30,065 bases of DNA from Pseudomonadota bacterium (GTDB taxonomy: Bacteria; Bdellovibrionota; FAC87; UBA2466): NCBI GenBank assembly GCA_043767805.1, contig JAYUGC010000096.1:1-30065 (forward strand), written 5' to 3'. Below, piece after piece: positions 27,433 to 30,065 of the stretch (its first letter is position 1; each line of letters begins with the position of its first letter). The position numbers were made by a program, and so were the translations under genes. The notes below the pieces were generated by a model. That model was given only the letters and a program-made list of their open reading frames with translations. It ran no database searches and was not told the DNA's origin.

Positions 27433-28326
27433 ATGACCTTGGACCAATTGAAATACTTCACGGCGGTGGCCACTTATCAGCACGTAGGGCGCGCGGCCAA
27501 CGCGGTAGCCATCAGCCCAAGCGTCATCAGCGCCTCCATTTCCTCTTTGGAAGAGGAGCTAAAGTGCGAGCTCTTTCGAAAACGGGGCCGCGGCATCGAG
27601 CTCACACCCGATGGCGAAAGGCTTCTCGAGAAAAGCAAAGCGATCTTAGCCACTGTCGACGGTCTTAAATCCGAAATGAAGCAGGAGCCCCAGTCCTTCT
27701 CTGGCCGCTTTCGATTGGGCGCAAGCCATTTTCTCGCCTCCCGGCAGCTACTCGCCGGCTGGATCGCGCTCCACCAAGCGCACCCTCGGCTCGTGGCCGA
27801 CCTTCATTCGATGAACACCGTCCACGCCATCGCCGAAGTGCTCTCCGGACGCCTGGAGCTGGCCGTTTGTTGCAGCCCCTTAAAGCACCCCGACTTGAGC
27901 GAGACCGTGCTGCAACGAGGACAGCTCGTCGTCACGGTCCGAAAGAATCACCCGATCCTAAAAAAGAGCCAGCGCGAGCAAATTCGCTTTCTCGCCGAGC
28001 ACCCGGCCATCATTCACAAGTCGTCTCAGGGAGTCGACGTCTGCGAAACGCATCCCGTCTTCGATCGCCTGGGCTTTCAGCCAAAGATCGACATTCACTT
28101 CGATAGCGACGACATCGCGGTCGAAGCCTTGGTTACCTCCGATCGCTGGAGCTTCTTGCCCGATGTCGTGGTGACGTCTCAGCCGGAGCGGCTACAGATC
28201 GTCCGCCTGCCGCGGGTCGCCGGAAATGCGCCTTATCATATTTCGGCGCTCGTCCACCGGGAGCGAGTCTCCGACAAAGTGCTCCAGGCGCTCGTGCAGT
28301 CGCTCAAGGCCTGCGCCCAAAGCTAG
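27433..28326 (+). CDS. LysR-family transcriptional regulator
   Basis: MTLDQLKYF...AANAVAISPSVISASISSLEEELKCELF...LTPDGE HTH plus substrate-binding domain. GAAGGA SD before ATG 27433. Confidence 0.94.
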   Translation: MTLDQLKYFTAVATYQHVGRAANAVAISPSVISASISSLEEELKCELFRKRGRGIELTPDGERLLEKSKAILATVDGLKSEMKQEPQSFSGRFRLGASHFLASRQLLAGWIALHQAHPRLVADLHSMNTVHAIAEVLSGRLELAVCCSPLKHPDLSETVLQRGQLVVTVRKNHPILKKSQREQIRFLAEHPAIIHKSSQGVDVCETHPVFDRLGFQPKIDIHFDSDDIAVEALVTSDRWSFLPDVVVTSQPERLQIVRLPRVAGNAPYHISALVHRERVSDKVLQALVQSLKACAQS

Positions 28327-28335
28327 TGCTATACT
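28327..28335 (+). promoter_or_regulatory. Extended -10 promoter element
   Basis: TGcTATACT, 27 nt upstream of GTG 28363. Confidence 0.45.
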
Positions 28336-28362
28336 GAGCGAGGTATCCCCTCGGAACGCTCA

Positions 28363-28956
28363 GTGATCAAACTCTTTAAAAACTGTCTCCTTACCTTACT
28401 CATGGCAACGGCCTTTTGCCGATCGAGTGAAGCCGCCTGGCACATCGGGATCGAGGGCTTTAGCGGCTACGCGAGGTCCACGGTACCTCAGGGGTTTAGT
28501 CAGCCGTCCTTGATGGAAAGCGGCGTGGGTCTTGCCGCGGGGTTTGGCTTTCGGCATCTCATGATTGGCGCCGTGACGGATTACCGCTGGATCACCCAAG
28601 TCTCGTCACCGACCAACGGCTCGGGCAATCGACGGGGCGAGCGGTGGAACACCGTGGCGCCCACGCTCTTTATCTTCTTCAATAAGTTTTCCGTGCAGCT
28701 GGAAGCGGAGCTACTCGGCGATTACAAGCTCACCAATCTCACCCCCGAAGGGGCCCGGGTGATGTACCAACGTCCTGTGGGCGCGAAACTGACGTTTGGC
28801 ATTCCGGTTTCGACCAAGGTTTCTATAGGGCTCTATGCGGAGGCGGTTCTCTTCCGCACTCAAACCGTGACTGAAACGAAGGAGCTCCATCCGCCGCTAA
28901 ACGCCTGGTCCACCGGCGCGCAGCTTATTTGGACGCCTTGGAGGCGAAAGAAATGA
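28363..28956 (+). CDS. Exported protein, putative small outer-membrane beta-barrel
   Basis: Signal peptide ending SEA and about eight alternating hydrophobic strands. The C-terminus (WTPWRRKK) is not a canonical beta-signal. Confidence 0.65.
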   Translation: MIKLFKNCLLTLLMATAFCRSSEAAWHIGIEGFSGYARSTVPQGFSQPSLMESGVGLAAGFGFRHLMIGAVTDYRWITQVSSPTNGSGNRRGERWNTVAPTLFIFFNKFSVQLEAELLGDYKLTNLTPEGARVMYQRPVGAKLTFGIPVSTKVSIGLYAEAVLFRTQTVTETKELHPPLNAWSTGAQLIWTPWRRKK

Positions 28957-30065
28957 AAGCTTTCGCTCTCGGCCTCGCCATGCTCTTAGTGACTGGTTGC
29001 GTAAGAACCGGCTACCCGGGCCTCATGTGCGGCTATAAGGGAAATTGGGCCGCTATCGACGATTTCGCGCTCGTAACGGGAAAAGATGCCGCCGGCTATC
29101 GGCCCACGAACGATAAGCTCGGCAATCTTTTTGTCGTCGGCTACGGCATGGATTCCTCCAATCAGGAACATTGGATCGTGCGAAAAAGCGCGGACCGCGG
29201 AGACTCGTGGACGACAGTCGATGATTTCCAGCTTCAATCGGGAAAAGGCTCCATCGGCCTGGGCTTACTGGCACAGCCCTCCGGAGGCTTACTCGCCGTG
29301 GGTTACGCGCTTGGCGATACGACTTACGAATGGGTGGTGCGAAAGAGTAGCGATGCGGGAGCGACCTGGACGACTCCAGATAATTACACCCTCGCCACGG
29401 GACGTACGTCGTCCGCCAACGCCATCGCTCAAGACTCTGCGGGAAATACCTACGTTCTCGGGACAGCCTCCGACAGCGGCAACGCCTATCACTGGGTCGT
29501 CCGAAAGAGCCAGGACGGAGGCGCGACTTGGGCGACCGCCGACGATTACAATGCGGCGAGCGGTAAAGACGCCTCCGCGGAAGGCGCGGTCGTCGATGAC
29601 TTGGGTACCGTTTACGTTACCGGAAATGCGACCAACGCCGACGATCTCTCGCGCTGGACGATCCGAAAGAGCGTTACCAAGGGCCTTTCCTGGACGACGA
29701 GCGACGAGTACGTGAAAGATGCCACTCATCCCTCCATCGCGTCGGGCATAGCCGTCGATTACGACGGTACTTTGGTTGCCATTGGGTACGCGCAGACTTC
29801 CGCGGCGTTCCCGCTTTGGACTGTGAGAAAGAGCGAGGACCAAGGGACGAGCTGGACGACCGTGGACGAGTACTCGCTCGGCACTGGCCAAGAATCGCAA
29901 GCCAATTCCGCGGTCATCGATCCCTTCGGGAATTTCTACGTCGTGGGAAGCGCTGTCGATCTGTCGGCGCACCGTCATCTCGTTTTGAGAAAGTCCGCCG
30001 ATCGGGGAGCCACGTGGACGACGCTTCATGATTATCAAGTTGCGGCCGATGCCGACACCGCAGGC
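28953..30065 (+). CDS. Lipoprotein with BNR/Asp-box beta-propeller repeats (3' truncated; absent from the ORF track)
   Basis: GGAGG SD and ATGA overlap. MKAFALGLAMLLVTGC ends in a lipobox; the frame stays open to the edge. Repeats RKSADRGDSW, RKSSDAGATW, RKSQDGGATW, RKSVTKGLSW, RKSEDQGTSW, RKSADRGATW. Confidence 0.9.
   Translation, partial: MKAFALGLAMLLVTGCVRTGYPGLMCGYKGNWAAIDDFALVTGKDAAGYRPTNDKLGNLFVVGYGMDSSNQEHWIVRKSADRGDSWTTVDDFQLQSGKGSIGLGLLAQPSGGLLAVGYALGDTTYEWVVRKSSDAGATWTTPDNYTLATGRTSSANAIAQDSAGNTYVLGTASDSGNAYHWVVRKSQDGGATWATADDYNAASGKDASAEGAVVDDLGTVYVTGNATNADDLSRWTIRKSVTKGLSWTTSDEYVKDATHPSIASGIAVDYDGTLVAIGYAQTSAAFPLWTVRKSEDQGTSWTTVDEYSLGTGQESQANSAVIDPFGNFYVVGSAVDLSAHRHLVLRKSADRGATWTTLHDYQVAADADTAG

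Noticed and set aside
29289..30038. 249-aa minus-strand ORF and the 209-aa ORF at 29086
   Set aside because: Both are shadows of the plus-strand Asp-box lipoprotein starting at 28953.

Overview
A gene-dense, GC-rich bacterial window. Gene content (Glt-like outer-membrane genes, a VWA lipoprotein, many secreted unknowns) suggests a Bdellovibrionota/Myxococcota-like predator; this is an inference. Left to right: (1) a phosphorelay cluster with a CheY-like REC protein, a small membrane protein, a REC-wHTH-Hpt fusion and a hybrid histidine kinase; (2) a LolD/LolE(MacB)-type ABC pair divergent from a ceramide glucosyltransferase/HpnI-like GT2; (3) a low-complexity lipoprotein behind a sigma54-type promoter, and a secreted EEP-family nuclease/phosphatase; (4) two tandem paralogous secreted proteins, each built from two copies of an unrecognised domain and sharing an upstream motif; (5) a translationally coupled urate/allantoin operon (puuD lacking its cytochrome c domain, allB, alc, uraD, uraH) that ends in an uncharacterised CitE/HpcH-fold enzyme; (6) a stand-alone HRDC gene; (7) three secreted unknowns spanning a base-composition shift; (8) a four-gene surface operon: Ig-repeat/VWA lipoprotein with an apparent ATA start, small lipoprotein, GltA/B-like beta-barrel and GltC-like TPR protein; (9) a membrane diguanylate cyclase, a LysR regulator, a putative beta-barrel and an Asp-box beta-propeller lipoprotein running off the right edge. 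No rRNA, tRNA, CRISPR array or mobile element was seen. All family calls come from motif recognition by eye; no searches were run.
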